A stretch of 64,000 bases of DNA, taken from positions 288,001 through 352,000 of the forward strand of contig CAVQHD010000001.1 of NCBI GenBank assembly GCA_963712275.1, read 5' to 3'. Numbering within the stretch: position 1 is the first letter of the stretch; every line of letters begins with the position of its first letter. The notes below the pieces were generated by a model. That model was not told the origin of the DNA and ran no database searches. It saw only the letters and a list, made by a program, of their open reading frames with translations. The DNA is from an uncultured Rhabdochlamydiaceae bacterium (GTDB lineage Bacteria; Chlamydiota; Chlamydiia; Chlamydiales; Rhabdochlamydiaceae). This document shows positions 1 through 10,361 of this stretch, one piece after another. Position numbers and translations under genes: made by a program.

Positions 1-87
1 GCCCGATCCGCGTTGCCGCTTCCAGCTGCTTTAAGACTTTATGTGTTTGCGAAAGGTGGTTTTTAGCAGTTTGGATTTCATCAAAAA
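1..87 (-). repeat. Partial duplicate of the SNF2 helicase gene (copy of 4370..4456), runs off the window edge
   Basis: 85/87 nt identical to 4370..4456; encodes FDEIQTAKNHLSQTHKVLKQLEAATRIG; both differences are synonymous. Confidence 0.9.
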
Positions 88-388
88 ATGACTGAAAAAT
101 CGCTCCTTGAGCATTTCTGGATCCCTTCAAAGAACTATGATCCGTTTAAACTATTCAACATTACTTATACAAGCTTGCTTAGAAACACACTTCAATTGAG
201 CGGTGCGATTGTTTTATAGGTCCTACCGATTGACTCTGGCAGCAAAGGCGAAATAGTAAAAATATTTATCGAGGTCTTCGAGGGAGGTTCTATATTCGGT
301 GCCTCCTAAGACAGCATCGCAGAAAAGTTCCTTGACACGCGCCAGCTCTTTACGTCTGCTGCGCCATCGAGGATCTCGGAGGGTTGAG

Positions 389-775
389 TTAAGGTGGAAG
401 CAGACGAAATTTTTCGAGGCCTACATCGATTAACTCGTCAATTGTTTTACTAATAGACTTATGCATCGCTTTGGCAGCTTTTGCGACAAAATAATGCCTC
501 TCTCTTGTTGTCCTATAAGCAATGCTGCCTTTGAAGGCTTCTTTTTTTATGGGCTCTGGAATAGGCCGATTGCTTTCCAAATAAAGTATAATAGCAGCTT
601 CAATGGCTTCTTTAATATTTTCCATTCCCTCTTCAATCGTATCTGCATCTGTGCAAATACCTGGCAACTCATTCACTCGGATGATGTAAAAATGTTTTCC
701 CCTCTCGCTTTCTTGCTCAATCGTATACGACCAATTGAGGTCGAGGTAGTAATTGATATCTTTTTTAGTAACCAT
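389..775 (-). CDS. hicB: HicB-family antitoxin
   Basis: ELPGICTDADTIEEG RNase H-like HicB N-domain plus RHH-like C-terminus; overlaps upstream hicA. Confidence 0.85.
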   Translation of the reverse strand: MVTKKDINYYLDLNWSYTIEQESERGKHFYIIRVNELPGICTDADTIEEGMENIKEAIEAAIILYLESNRPIPEPIKKEAFKGSIAYRTTRERHYFVAKAAKAMHKSISKTIDELIDVGLEKFRLLPP

Positions 776-995
776 GTTCCCTTAATACCTCCTTTAAATC
801 GTTAACTTGATAGGACAAAAGCTGAGAGCGTTTTTTAATGGAAACATTTTTTATATAATTATCTTTTGAAAAGACGTGATGAGAACCTCTTACCCTTTTT
901 TTAAACCCAAGATGTTCTAATATTTTTTCAGCGTCCTCATAAGAAACATTCCTTCCTTCCAAAACTTTTTCAACAAGCTTTTGAAATTTACTCAT
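765..995 (-). CDS. hicA: HicA-family mRNA interferase toxin
   Basis: 76 aa basic protein with LGF..RVRGSHHVF HicA signature. Confidence 0.88.
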   Translation of the reverse strand: MSKFQKLVEKVLEGRNVSYEDAEKILEHLGFKKRVRGSHHVFSKDNYIKNVSIKKRSQLLSYQVNDLKEVLREHGY

Positions 996-1030
996 GAATA
1001 ATTGATATCATGTTTGATGTCATATGTCAA
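996..1030 (-). promoter_or_regulatory. hicAB promoter with overlapping operator palindromes
   Basis: Minus strand TTGACA-N17-TATCAA ending 6 nt before the ATG; TGATATCA (1003-1010) and TGATGTCA (1015-1022) inside it. Confidence 0.6.
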
Positions 1031-1047
1031 TGGGATATTTTTGAAGC

Positions 1048-1349
1048 ATGAATCATCGCCCTGCGACAAGCGATCGAATAAGGGGTCTAGGAGGTCGCGG
1101 GGCAGGTGAGAAAATTCCTGTTTTTGGGCTTTTGAAAAGAGGGGGAATGGTATTTGTAACCCTCGTCAAAAATTGTACTAAAGAAGAGTTATTGCCTCTT
1201 ATTCAAGGCCATGTTCAGAAAGGATCAATCATCCATAGTTTTTCATTCACCTAAAAGAATGTGAGTTTAGGTTTAACCATAGACGAGAAAGTATGGAAAA
1301 AATCCTCTTAAAATTGATGCGGAAAAACGGGGTTTGCTAGTCAAAACCC
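1048..1349 (+). pseudogene. Internally deleted IS1595-family (ISXO2-like) transposase remnant
   Basis: GRGAGEKIPVFGLLKRGG...IIHS joined out of frame to the C-terminal HLKECEFRFNHR motif; central catalytic part missing. Confidence 0.8.
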
Positions 1350-1445
1350 TGGATTAATACTAACCCACTTGCGATGACCGAACCCCGGGGCTTTGACGCA
1401 GCCCAAATGTCAATTTTTCAATAGATCGGAGTATAATCCAGTTAT

Positions 1446-1493
1446 AATTTCGGTAGAGTAGGGAAGGATTGTCCTCTCTACTCTACCGAAATT
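1446..1493. terminator. Hairpin immediately downstream of the GTPase gene
   Basis: AATTTCGGTAGAGTAG / CTACTCTACCGAAATT 16-bp perfect stem next to the stop at 1495. Confidence 0.6.
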
Positions 1494-1494
1494 T

Positions 1495-3327
1495 CTATGG
1501 CCTCTTTTTAAAGTTAAAGAAAGATGTCTCATCTTCTTCTTTTTGTGAAGGGGCCCACCAATGCGACAAAGCCTTGATTCCAAAGAGACCTGTTACCAAA
1601 GCTCCTGCCTTGCAAGCTGTTGCCTCATTCTCCCGAGAAGAGGGCAGCAGGTACAATCCTGCAACAGCAAGCGCTACTGTAATAACAGCAAAGTTTAAAG
1701 TGGTCCGCGGCTCGTTCAATGCGATCCATCTTGGATCCGTCGTATTGTCTATGCTGCTTCTTACATCTTCATCAGATCGTTCAAAACTTACAAATTTCTC
1801 AAAATGTTCTTTTAAAGATTTATACTTCACAAATGCTGCAATTTGATCTGAGAATTCAGGACTTTTTCGAGTGTCGATCTTATGAGCGAACTCATTGGCA
1901 CGTTTTTGAACTGCCCCCTCTGCCAACTCATGAAGCATAGTAAGATCTTTATTGCCTAATTTCGCTATCCCGTGAGTGAATTGAATTTTTGTCACAGCTT
2001 GATTAATTTCAGCCTTGCCCCCTTTTTCTAAATGCTTACCTATCCCTTCTTGTATTTCTTTACCAAGTTCTGTAGCCTTCCGAAGTTGGCTGTCCTCCAT
2101 TGAGATTTTAGTATCAAGCTTCCCATAGGGCTTAGTCTTAAAAATGGTATCCAAAAGTTTTTTCCTATCCTCGGCTTCTAACGGATTATATATAGTCACA
2201 TAATCGGAAAGATCAATAGAAGCAGAAGTGTCTTTTAAATGCTCTTTAACTTTGCCTTTAACTTCAATCAAATTAGCTTTTCGTGTAACAACTACACACA
2301 AACTTTTTTTATCTCTTCCTACAGTATTATTAAACCTTTCTCCTAATAATTTAACACCTTCCTTCCATTTCTCACCCTTAACCCCCTCAAGCTCAGCATA
2401 TTGGCATACCATTACAAACCTTGTAGATTTGGCATTTTCAACAATGTACTTCATAGTAATTGCACCTGCTAATGCAACCTCAATTCCTCGATTATCACTC
2501 AGACCCGGCATATCGTAAAAAGTGAGAACGTGTTTGTTTTGTTTAAGGACACCATCATCTATCGCTGAAAAGGACTCAGGAATTATTACAGAAACCTCTG
2601 GGATTTTTTTCGGAATAGCCGTGCAAGAAGTAGTTTCTGTGCCTATCTGAGCCACTTCTTTTATGCTGGACTTTGGATCTACCACAATTTTACCATTCAC
2701 TTCTATCATCTTGCATCCATACAAGAAATTGATCAAAGCACTTTTGCCTGCATCTGTATGACCAAAAAAGATGACGACATCTTTGCCCTTTGCTTTTTTG
2801 GCTTCTTCTTCACCTTTTTCCAGCAGATAATTAAAGAGCTCTATTTTCTCATCTGTTGTTCGCAACTCGGGTTTTTTGCCGAGAAGGTCGTTGATTCTTT
2901 TGAGTTGCTTGTCAGAAGAACCCTCCGCATGCGCCTTCCTACAGTCCATCGCTATCCCTAAAGCCGCCCCTAAAGCCGCAAAAAGCAAGAAAATCACCAG
3001 AAGTTGATTGGAGGATAAACGATTCGAAGGGGTCGAAGAGATATTCTTCCAAAAGCGGGATGTGCGGTGAGAGTTATTAATCGATTTTAACTTGATCAAA
3101 CTCTGATGAATGGGCTGAGAATGCTCTAGGCAAGACCATCGAGGAATGGTGACAATAACCCTTTTTCTCCGCACTCCATTCAAATGCTGCACCTTTGCAA
3201 ATTGACCATATGTAGGCGTGGAGAAATAAGACAGATTCATAAAGCTTCTGTCATTAACTGCATGAGATTTGGCAGCAGTAATTGATCTCGAATAACCTGA
3301 GGAAATCCTCCAAACTGAAAAGACCAT
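1495..3327 (-). CDS. Membrane-anchored P-loop GTPase, candidate secreted effector
   Basis: G1 GHTDAGKS, G3 DMPG; one N-proximal and two C-terminal hydrophobic segments; GGAGG RBS before the ATG. Confidence 0.75.
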   Translation of the reverse strand: MVFSVWRISSGYSRSITAAKSHAVNDRSFMNLSYFSTPTYGQFAKVQHLNGVRRKRVIVTIPRWSCLEHSQPIHQSLIKLKSINNSHRTSRFWKNISSTPSNRLSSNQLLVIFLLFAALGAALGIAMDCRKAHAEGSSDKQLKRINDLLGKKPELRTTDEKIELFNYLLEKGEEEAKKAKGKDVVIFFGHTDAGKSALINFLYGCKMIEVNGKIVVDPKSSIKEVAQIGTETTSCTAIPKKIPEVSVIIPESFSAIDDGVLKQNKHVLTFYDMPGLSDNRGIEVALAGAITMKYIVENAKSTRFVMVCQYAELEGVKGEKWKEGVKLLGERFNNTVGRDKKSLCVVVTRKANLIEVKGKVKEHLKDTSASIDLSDYVTIYNPLEAEDRKKLLDTIFKTKPYGKLDTKISMEDSQLRKATELGKEIQEGIGKHLEKGGKAEINQAVTKIQFTHGIAKLGNKDLTMLHELAEGAVQKRANEFAHKIDTRKSPEFSDQIAAFVKYKSLKEHFEKFVSFERSDEDVRSSIDNTTDPRWIALNEPRTTLNFAVITVALAVAGLYLLPSSRENEATACKAGALVTGLFGIKALSHWWAPSQKEEDETSFFNFKKRP

Positions 3328-3398
3328 ATAACCTCCTATGGGATATCAAAAAGAAATATTTAATATCTTGCATTCAACTATTTAATGAAAAGGCAAAT

Positions 3399-6300
3399 TT
3401 AAGAAACCACTCCTTCTTCAATCAGCTGGAGAAGTTGGATCAAGTCGCCGCGGCTTAGGGATTTGAGCTCGTTTTGATCATCGTATCCAATGACCTCTTC
3501 GATAAGCAACTGCTTTCTCTCAATGAGGCGGTGGATATGTTCTTCGAGAGTGCCGCGGGTTACCATTTTAAACACTTGGACACCACGACTTTGTCCCATG
3601 CGGTGGACGCGGTCGGTGGCTTGGTTTTCTTTGGCGGGGTTCCACCACCGGTCGTAGTGAATCACAACTGAAGCTGAGATGAGGTCGATTCCGACGCCAG
3701 CCGCCTGCAGGGAGCCGACAAACACTTCACATTTAGGATCGTCTCGAAAACGGGAAACGGGCTCTTTGCGATCGCGCGTAGACCCTCGAATCTCAGCAAA
3801 GCCTATCTTCTCTGACTTAAGGTAACCCTCAATAATATCGAGCATGCCTAGGTATTGGGAAAAAACGACGAGTTTTTGACCGCTGGCTCTGGTTTCTTGG
3901 AGAAGCTCGACGAAAAGATCCCATTTTCCCGAGGAGTGATGAGGGTAGTCCATGGGCCGATTGAGATAAAGAGCTGGATGATCGCAGATCTGCTTAAGTT
4001 TGGCCAGGAGAGCAAAGACATGAAGATAAGGGGTGGGCTTTGAGGAGTCATTCAACTCTTTAAAAAGTTCCTCTTTCGATGCCTCGTAAATTTCTTGATA
4101 TAGTTTTTTTTGTTCATCAGAGAGCGGCGCATAGGCAATCGTTTCCACTTTTTCTGGAAGCTCAAGGAGAACCTCTGATTTTTTACGACGTAAAATAAAT
4201 GGCTGGGTGAGACGGGTTAAAAGCTGTTTGCGCTCTAAATCTTGCTGCTTTTCGATGGGATGTACAAACATCTCTTTATAAAGTGTTTCAGTGGGCATAT
4301 AGCCAGGCAAGACCACATCGAAGAGCGCTTTGAGCTCAAGAAGATTATTCTCTATGGGCGTTCCTGTGAGCCCGATCCGCGTTGCTGCTTCCAGCTGCTT
4401 TAAGACTTTATGTGTTTGCGAAAGGTGGTTTTTAGCGGTTTGGATTTCATCAAAAATGGCGATGGCAAACGGAAGCTCTGAAAGAGCCTCTTTTTCACTT
4501 CTAAGAGTTCCATAAGAGGTCAAAATTAAATCGTACTTCCCTGCAAAATTATCTAATGTTCTTCGAGTTCCATAGTAGACGCAAGTGCGAAGCTTAGGAA
4601 GGAATCGGTCTAGAAGGTCTTGCCAGTGAAAGATCACAGATGTCGGACAGACCACAAGAAATTTTCCCTGGGGGTTTTCTTGAGATACTGCGGCAAGGAG
4701 TGCCATCGCCTGATGGGTTTTGCCAAGCCCCATCTCATCGCAAAGCAGCCCTGAAAGCCCGTAAGAGTATAAAAACCAGAGCCATTTCAGCCCCACTTCC
4801 TGGTAAGGGCGGAGCTGGCTCTGAAGCCCTTCCAAATTCGGCGTCGTAAATGATTGCATTTCATGAAACTGTCTCCAAAGCGCTTGACTCTTTTCGTCTG
4901 ATGGAGGAGACATCTCCTCAAAGGCAAATAGGCGGATCCATTCCACTGTTGTGAGCTTGAGTTGCTGTCCATTTTTCAACCACCGCTTCTTTGAAATCCC
5001 TCGAAGCCAGTTGAAGCGGGGTGTTTTCAAGAGAATCAGCCCCGCAGGAGAAAAGAGATACCGCTTCCCAACACCCAGTGCTTGCCATACATCCATTGTT
5101 GGAAGAGCGCCCAAATGGGTTCTATAAGTGAAATCAACGAGCCAATTTCCTTCTTTGTCTCTCTCTAAAGATGAAACTTGAAGTTCGAGATAATCGGGCT
5201 TTTGTAGTCGTGGGTCAATTTCTAAGATATAAGGTTTTAAAATGTCGATCTCATAAAAGACAAAATAAGGCTCTGCACTCTCATCGATCACCATGGAGCG
5301 GAAATAGGGAGCTGGAAGCTTGAGCTTAGAAGGAATCGCGCAAAACCCTTCTCCGGCCACAAAGGAATAATCCTCAAAGAGCTCGACTCCTTTGGTATCG
5401 TATCCAGGAAGAAACGTGTAGAAAGGAGAGATCGAAATACGCCCTTCCTCCGTCAGCTGCAGCTTGACCCCAGAGGATTCAAGGGGTGAGATGGAGCTAA
5501 AAAAATTGGAGACCAATTCCAGTTCATCTCGATGAGCCTGAATAAAAGAGTTAATTGATTCTCTGGCAACTTTAAGCCCTGCCTTTAAAAAACTTCCTGT
5601 TCGAGCTCGATCTTTTGCATAAAACCCACGATCTCGGACATAGATCCACTCCTGAAAATCAATCATATCCTCAGGGTTTTCAACCAAGTCGAGCTGTGAC
5701 TTAAATTCAAGCCCCTCTGGCAAAAGCTCATATCCTAAGCGAGATTCCATCGAGATCACATGCGTCTGAAACCCTTCATAAGCGTGAAGCCAATGACGAT
5801 GCCGTGAGACAAATTGAGAAATCTCTTGAGCTGGTATGACAGTTTCAATGGTATCAAAAAGAACCTCTTTTAAGAGAAAAAAACCTTTATCGGGAAGAAA
5901 AACCCACGATCCAAATTTTGCTGCATGAAGTTTTTGCAGATCCCCTTTTTCAAAAACATAGCAGGTCAAATGGAGCCCATTTTTGGAGTCAAATTCTAAA
6001 TGGTAACGCGCAGAGAGAGGATCTTCATGGATTTTTGTCCCCTGAAGATGGTGCTTGATCAGTAGGTGGTGCCGCTGCAAAAACTCTGCGATTTGCGAAG
6101 TAGGGATCAATTTTTCTTTGAGCATTGGATCGATTTGCGAAGGATAAAACCCTTGTCCAGAGATATAAATCCACTGCCCTATCTGTTTTCGGTTAGAGGC
6201 AGGCTGAGACTCTTCATGAAGCGCGATGTCCAGATGAAACACTTGCCGAAGCAGGTCGTAAAAAATTCTCTTAATTTGCTTATGGGAGACTTCATGCACT

Positions 6301-7076
6301 TGAAGGGGGGAGTCAACAGTCGATAGTGTTGGAATAAGCGCAGGCCAGTTAGCTTCAGAGATATAAAAAAAAAGAGAAACATCTGTCAATTGAATCTGAA
6401 CACTTCGAGGAAGTTTTTGAACATCATCTTCAAAGACAATTTTGTAAGTTTTAAGATTTTCTTGTTCTTGAAAACACCATTTGGCAAGGTCGGACCAAAA
6501 TGAAAGCTCAAAACTTAGCGCAGGGCTTGGACGCCCCTCCTTCCACAAAGTCAACTCTTCGGGGGGAAGGTTCGAAAATTTCAGAGAGGTTTCTTCCGTC
6601 TCAGGCTTTCTTTGAGCAATCATCTTCCGAAAGATCTTTTTCCCTTGGACCGTGCGTGCTTTTAAAGAAAATAACTTTTTACCTGTTGTGGAAAAGGCTT
6701 GGTAGTCTGATTCAACTGACCCTTTGAGCGCAGAGACTTCTTCTCCATGGCGAGAAGCCGCCATTCGACAGAGGTAATACCATAGAGATTCTCGAAACCG
6801 AACGTGATGAGGAGTTGATTTGCCATTAAAAATCTTCAGCCAGGCGGCAGCTTCATGCAAGCATGCCTTTCCTTCCTCTGCAGGCCCGCATGAACAAAAA
6901 TGATCTTTAAGCTCTCCCTCCTCTGAAATCTGGAGGAAAGGCCAAAAAACCTCTTTCCCCACTTTAACTTCTACTTGATAGGTCCCGCCAGAAAAGAGAA
7001 TATCGCCAATTTTCCCTTCCTTTAGAAGGGAATGCCCTTTCTGAAGATCTTCGGAAGAAAAAAACCGATGCGGCAT
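3399..7076 (-). CDS. SNF2-family helicase with N-terminal SWIM zinc finger
   Basis: CSC...CLH SWIM; DEMGLGKT, FDEIQ, LTGTPIEN, QATDRVHRMGQ helicase motifs. Confidence 0.95.
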   Translation of the reverse strand: MPHRFFSSEDLQKGHSLLKEGKIGDILFSGGTYQVEVKVGKEVFWPFLQISEEGELKDHFCSCGPAEEGKACLHEAAAWLKIFNGKSTPHHVRFRESLWYYLCRMAASRHGEEVSALKGSVESDYQAFSTTGKKLFSLKARTVQGKKIFRKMIAQRKPETEETSLKFSNLPPEELTLWKEGRPSPALSFELSFWSDLAKWCFQEQENLKTYKIVFEDDVQKLPRSVQIQLTDVSLFFYISEANWPALIPTLSTVDSPLQVHEVSHKQIKRIFYDLLRQVFHLDIALHEESQPASNRKQIGQWIYISGQGFYPSQIDPMLKEKLIPTSQIAEFLQRHHLLIKHHLQGTKIHEDPLSARYHLEFDSKNGLHLTCYVFEKGDLQKLHAAKFGSWVFLPDKGFFLLKEVLFDTIETVIPAQEISQFVSRHRHWLHAYEGFQTHVISMESRLGYELLPEGLEFKSQLDLVENPEDMIDFQEWIYVRDRGFYAKDRARTGSFLKAGLKVARESINSFIQAHRDELELVSNFFSSISPLESSGVKLQLTEEGRISISPFYTFLPGYDTKGVELFEDYSFVAGEGFCAIPSKLKLPAPYFRSMVIDESAEPYFVFYEIDILKPYILEIDPRLQKPDYLELQVSSLERDKEGNWLVDFTYRTHLGALPTMDVWQALGVGKRYLFSPAGLILLKTPRFNWLRGISKKRWLKNGQQLKLTTVEWIRLFAFEEMSPPSDEKSQALWRQFHEMQSFTTPNLEGLQSQLRPYQEVGLKWLWFLYSYGLSGLLCDEMGLGKTHQAMALLAAVSQENPQGKFLVVCPTSVIFHWQDLLDRFLPKLRTCVYYGTRRTLDNFAGKYDLILTSYGTLRSEKEALSELPFAIAIFDEIQTAKNHLSQTHKVLKQLEAATRIGLTGTPIENNLLELKALFDVVLPGYMPTETLYKEMFVHPIEKQQDLERKQLLTRLTQPFILRRKKSEVLLELPEKVETIAYAPLSDEQKKLYQEIYEASKEELFKELNDSSKPTPYLHVFALLAKLKQICDHPALYLNRPMDYPHHSSGKWDLFVELLQETRASGQKLVVFSQYLGMLDIIEGYLKSEKIGFAEIRGSTRDRKEPVSRFRDDPKCEVFVGSLQAAGVGIDLISASVVIHYDRWWNPAKENQATDRVHRMGQSRGVQVFKMVTRGTLEEHIHRLIERKQLLIEEVIGYDDQNELKSLSRGDLIQLLQLIEEGVVS

Positions 7077-7091
7077 GTTAACCCCAAAAGA

Positions 7092-7898
7092 CTAAGCATG
7101 CCCCACCTTTCTGAAGATTGCAACTCCCTCATAACCGATCGATCCATGAAAGACAAATGTTGCTTTTCCTGAGAGCCGAACGGTTGAAGGCAGGACTTCC
7201 ACTTTCAGCGGCTCTTGAGAGCGAGGGATAATGGTGATTGGATTTTTTAGTTGGTGTCGATGGCTCGCTGCAATTGCAACAGCTGCAGCCCCGCTTCCAC
7301 ATGCAAGAGTCTCTGCTTCGACTCCCCTCTCAAAGGTGCGTGTGTAGAGGACCCCTTCTTTCAAAACCGCAAAATTGACATTCGCCCCCTCCATTCCCAT
7401 CAAAGGATGGTTTCGAAGATAAGGAGCATGGGAAAGAAACAAGTCATGATTTTCAACGAAGACCACCGCATGCTGGACTCCTATATGAATCACATCTATC
7501 CCAAAACAATCGATGGAAAGATTTGAATGGATCCACTCATGGGCTCCTAAGTCAACAGTAATGCCCCCTTCTTCCCATAGACAATGGACCTCCCGATCGG
7601 CGATTTCGATGACTGAGTGAGATCCAATAAGCTCTAGCTGATAGGCAAAATCGACAAGACATCGAAGCCCATTGCCACACATAGAGGCCTCTCTGCCATC
7701 AGAGTTGAAAATGCGCATCCGAAGATCCGCTTTCTGAGACCGCTGTAAAAGGAGAAGGCCATCAGCTCCGATTCCCAAATGACGATCGCAGAGAAAACGG
7801 AGATAATCTGCATCAGAGATAGGAAACGTCTCTTCTCGATCATCGAAAATGAGAAAATCATTTCCTGCACCCTGATACTTAGCAAAGAAAAAAATCAC
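7092..7898 (-). CDS. dapF: Diaminopimelate epimerase
   Basis: [31 protein letters not shown] motifs. Confidence 0.96.
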   Translation of the reverse strand: MIFFFAKYQGAGNDFLIFDDREETFPISDADYLRFLCDRHLGIGADGLLLLQRSQKADLRMRIFNSDGREASMCGNGLRCLVDFAYQLELIGSHSVIEIADREVHCLWEEGGITVDLGAHEWIHSNLSIDCFGIDVIHIGVQHAVVFVENHDLFLSHAPYLRNHPLMGMEGANVNFAVLKEGVLYTRTFERGVEAETLACGSGAAAVAIAASHRHQLKNPITIIPRSQEPLKVEVLPSTVRLSGKATFVFHGSIGYEGVAIFRKVGHA

Positions 7899-8512
7899 GA
7901 CAGCTTTAATTCTTTGTAGGAAGAGACAACTCCATCGAGAAGTCCAAACTTCATTGCCTCTTGAGCAGAAAACCAGTGGTCTCTATCGAGGGCTTTTTCA
8001 ATCGTCGCGGCATCTTTTCCCGTTGCCTTCGTATAAATATCGACAAGCTGCTGGCGGCTTTTTAAAATCTCATCCGCTTGAATGGACAAATCTGTCGCTT
8101 GCCCCTGAATAACTCCCATGATTCGAGGTTGGTGGATCATGATCCGCGAATTGGGAGTCGCAAACCGCCTTTTCGGAGCTGCACACAGACTCAGCACAGA
8201 ACCCATCGAGGCTGCCATCCCTGTGACAAGTGTGGTCACAGGAGATGAAACCATCTGTACCTGATCCCAAATTGCAAAACCGGCGTCCACCGATCCTCCA
8301 GGAGAGTTGATCACAAATAAAATCGGCTGCCCTGGCTCCGTCAGCTCTAAATACCATAATTTTCGGATAACATCTTTGGCGCTATCCATATCCACTACTT
8401 CACAGAAAAAAAGACGGCGAGCCTTTAGGAGCGCTTCATCAATTTTGCTTTCAATAAGTTTGATTTTTGCCTCAGATTTCTTTTCCTCTTCATCTTCATC
8501 TAATCGATACAT
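7895..8512 (-). CDS. clpP: ATP-dependent Clp protease proteolytic subunit
   Basis: [21 protein letters not shown] motifs. Confidence 0.96.
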   Translation of the reverse strand: MYRLDEDEEEKKSEAKIKLIESKIDEALLKARRLFFCEVVDMDSAKDVIRKLWYLELTEPGQPILFVINSPGGSVDAGFAIWDQVQMVSSPVTTLVTGMAASMGSVLSLCAAPKRRFATPNSRIMIHQPRIMGVIQGQATDLSIQADEILKSRQQLVDIYTKATGKDAATIEKALDRDHWFSAQEAMKFGLLDGVVSSYKELKLS

Positions 8513-8524
8513 GTGACCTCGTTT

Positions 8525-10003
8525 TTAAATTTCCACTTCTGGATAGAGGGGAAACCGTTTTAAAAGTGCTGCAATCTCTTGCCGGACTGAAGAAAGCACT
8601 TCAGGCGCGATCTCCACTTTTGAACGGCTTATTTGCCCCGTTTTTTCATCTTTTCCTGGCTTGGTTGCCTTTAAAAGCCGGACAATCCAAGCCCCAATCT
8701 GTTTCATTTCGGCCTCTTTCATCCCGAGTGTTGTGACAGCTGCGGGACCCACTCGAAGCCCCGATGTATACCAGGCTCCATTGGCATCATAAGGAACACT
8801 GTTTCGATTGACCGTCATCAGAGCTTCTCTAAGCGCCATTTCAGCTTGTCTTCCCATCAGCTTAAAACCTTGAGCCACATTCATGACGAGAAGATGGTTA
8901 TCGGTTCCGCCTGTTGTCAAGGGAATCCCATGGGTTAGAAGCTCTTCTGCAAGCGCTCTACTGTTGGCAACAATTTGATGAGCGTAGGTTCGAAATTCTG
9001 GAGTGTTTGCTTCTTTGAAAGCGACGGCCTTAGCCGCAAGCACATGAGGGAGCGGCCCTCCTAGGACAAGAGGACACCCTTTGTCAATCACTTCACGAAA
9101 TTCCTTCTGACAAAGCACAAGCCCACCGCGAGGCCCCCGCAATGTTTTATGCGTTGTCGATGTTACCACATGTGCAAAGGGAATAGGATCATAGCTGCCC
9201 GTCATGACTTTGCCCGCCACAAGCCCGGCGAAGTGAGCCATATCCACCATCAAAGTCGCCCCCACGCTATCTGCAATCTCGCGCATCACTGCAAAATCAA
9301 TCAAGCGAGGATAGGACGAATAGCCTGCAACCAAAATGGCAGGCTTTTCTTTTTTGACCTGCTGCTGCAGTGCTGAATAATCTAAAAGGCCTGTTTGAGG
9401 ATTGACGTCGTAAGAGATAGCATGCATCATTTTCGATGAAATATTATGACGATACCCATGGGTTAAATGCCCTCCTGAGCTCAGCGACATTCCCATCACT
9501 TTTTGATTGATCATGAGCTGCCGCACTTTTTCATACTCTTCAATCGTCAGTTCATCTAAATTTTTTCGCCCCAATTTTTCAATTTCGCGGTTCTGGACTC
9601 GGTACACTAAGATCGCCCAAAAAGCCACCATATTCGCATCGGCTCCCGAATGGGGCTGGGCATAAGCATGATCGCAATTAAAGATTTTTTTTAGCTCTTG
9701 CACCGCTATCGACTCAATCGCATCGACATTTTCACACCCTGCATAAAAACGGTGAAACGGGTGTCCTTCTGCATATTTATCCGTCAGAAGATTCCCCATG
9801 GCAAGCTGAACCGGTAGCGAACAAAAATTTTCAGATGCAATCAACTTCAGATGCGACCTTTGATCTTTCAGCTCTTGAAGAATGCTTCGAGCAATTTCAG
9901 GGCAGACGTGCTCAACGGCATCTAGTGCAGCCATGTAGGCAATCGCCGCTGATTTTTTTCCTATTTCAGGGTGACGGGATAAATATTTTTGAACACGTGA
10001 CAT
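8525..10003 (-). CDS. glyA: Serine hydroxymethyltransferase
   Basis: LIASENF, GGHLTHG, TTHKTLRGPRGG; start moved to MSRVQK because the ORF-track extension runs into a palindrome. Confidence 0.96.
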   Translation of the reverse strand: MSRVQKYLSRHPEIGKKSAAIAYMAALDAVEHVCPEIARSILQELKDQRSHLKLIASENFCSLPVQLAMGNLLTDKYAEGHPFHRFYAGCENVDAIESIAVQELKKIFNCDHAYAQPHSGADANMVAFWAILVYRVQNREIEKLGRKNLDELTIEEYEKVRQLMINQKVMGMSLSSGGHLTHGYRHNISSKMMHAISYDVNPQTGLLDYSALQQQVKKEKPAILVAGYSSYPRLIDFAVMREIADSVGATLMVDMAHFAGLVAGKVMTGSYDPIPFAHVVTSTTHKTLRGPRGGLVLCQKEFREVIDKGCPLVLGGPLPHVLAAKAVAFKEANTPEFRTYAHQIVANSRALAEELLTHGIPLTTGGTDNHLLVMNVAQGFKLMGRQAEMALREALMTVNRNSVPYDANGAWYTSGLRVGPAAVTTLGMKEAEMKQIGAWIVRLLKATKPGKDEKTGQISRSKVEIAPEVLSSVRQEIAALLKRFPLYPEVEI

Positions 10004-10060
10004 GATTCTGATTCTGTCAGAAACCTCCTTTTTTCGGCGACCTCTATAAAGCAGTCGTGT

Positions 10061-10277
10061 CAAGGCACAGGAAGTTGGAGTAAATATTTGAAACTTTTGC
10101 TCACTCAGGCTTATTTCCATTTTTTCACCACCGAGGCACGGAGGGGGATGAGATTGCACAGAGAAAAAAATTTCCTCTATGCAATCTCATCCCCCTCCGT
10201 GCCTCGGTGGTGAAAAAATGGAAATAAGCCTGAGTGGGCAAAAGTTTCAAATATTTACTCCAACTTCCTGTGCTTTG
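10061..10277. repeat. 217-bp near-perfect palindrome (family E) between divergent glyA and cdsZ
   Basis: About 105-bp arms CAAGGCACAGGAAG... / ...CTTCCTGTGCTTTG with few mismatches. Confidence 0.95.
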
Positions 10278-10361
10278 CGTTCTGCAAAAATACCTCTTGA
10301 GAAGAAACACGGGATGAAGATAACCTTAGGAGTCCAAAGTTCTATAAAGAGGTATGTTTCG

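Noticed and set aside
88..388. Possible small gene or RNA between the SNF2 copy and hicB
   Set aside because: No convincing ORF, RBS or recognisable RNA motif.
10004..10361. Identical N-terminal extensions of GlyA and CdsZ in the ORF track
   Set aside because: They come from reading the palindrome on both strands; the conserved proteins begin at 10003 and 10362.
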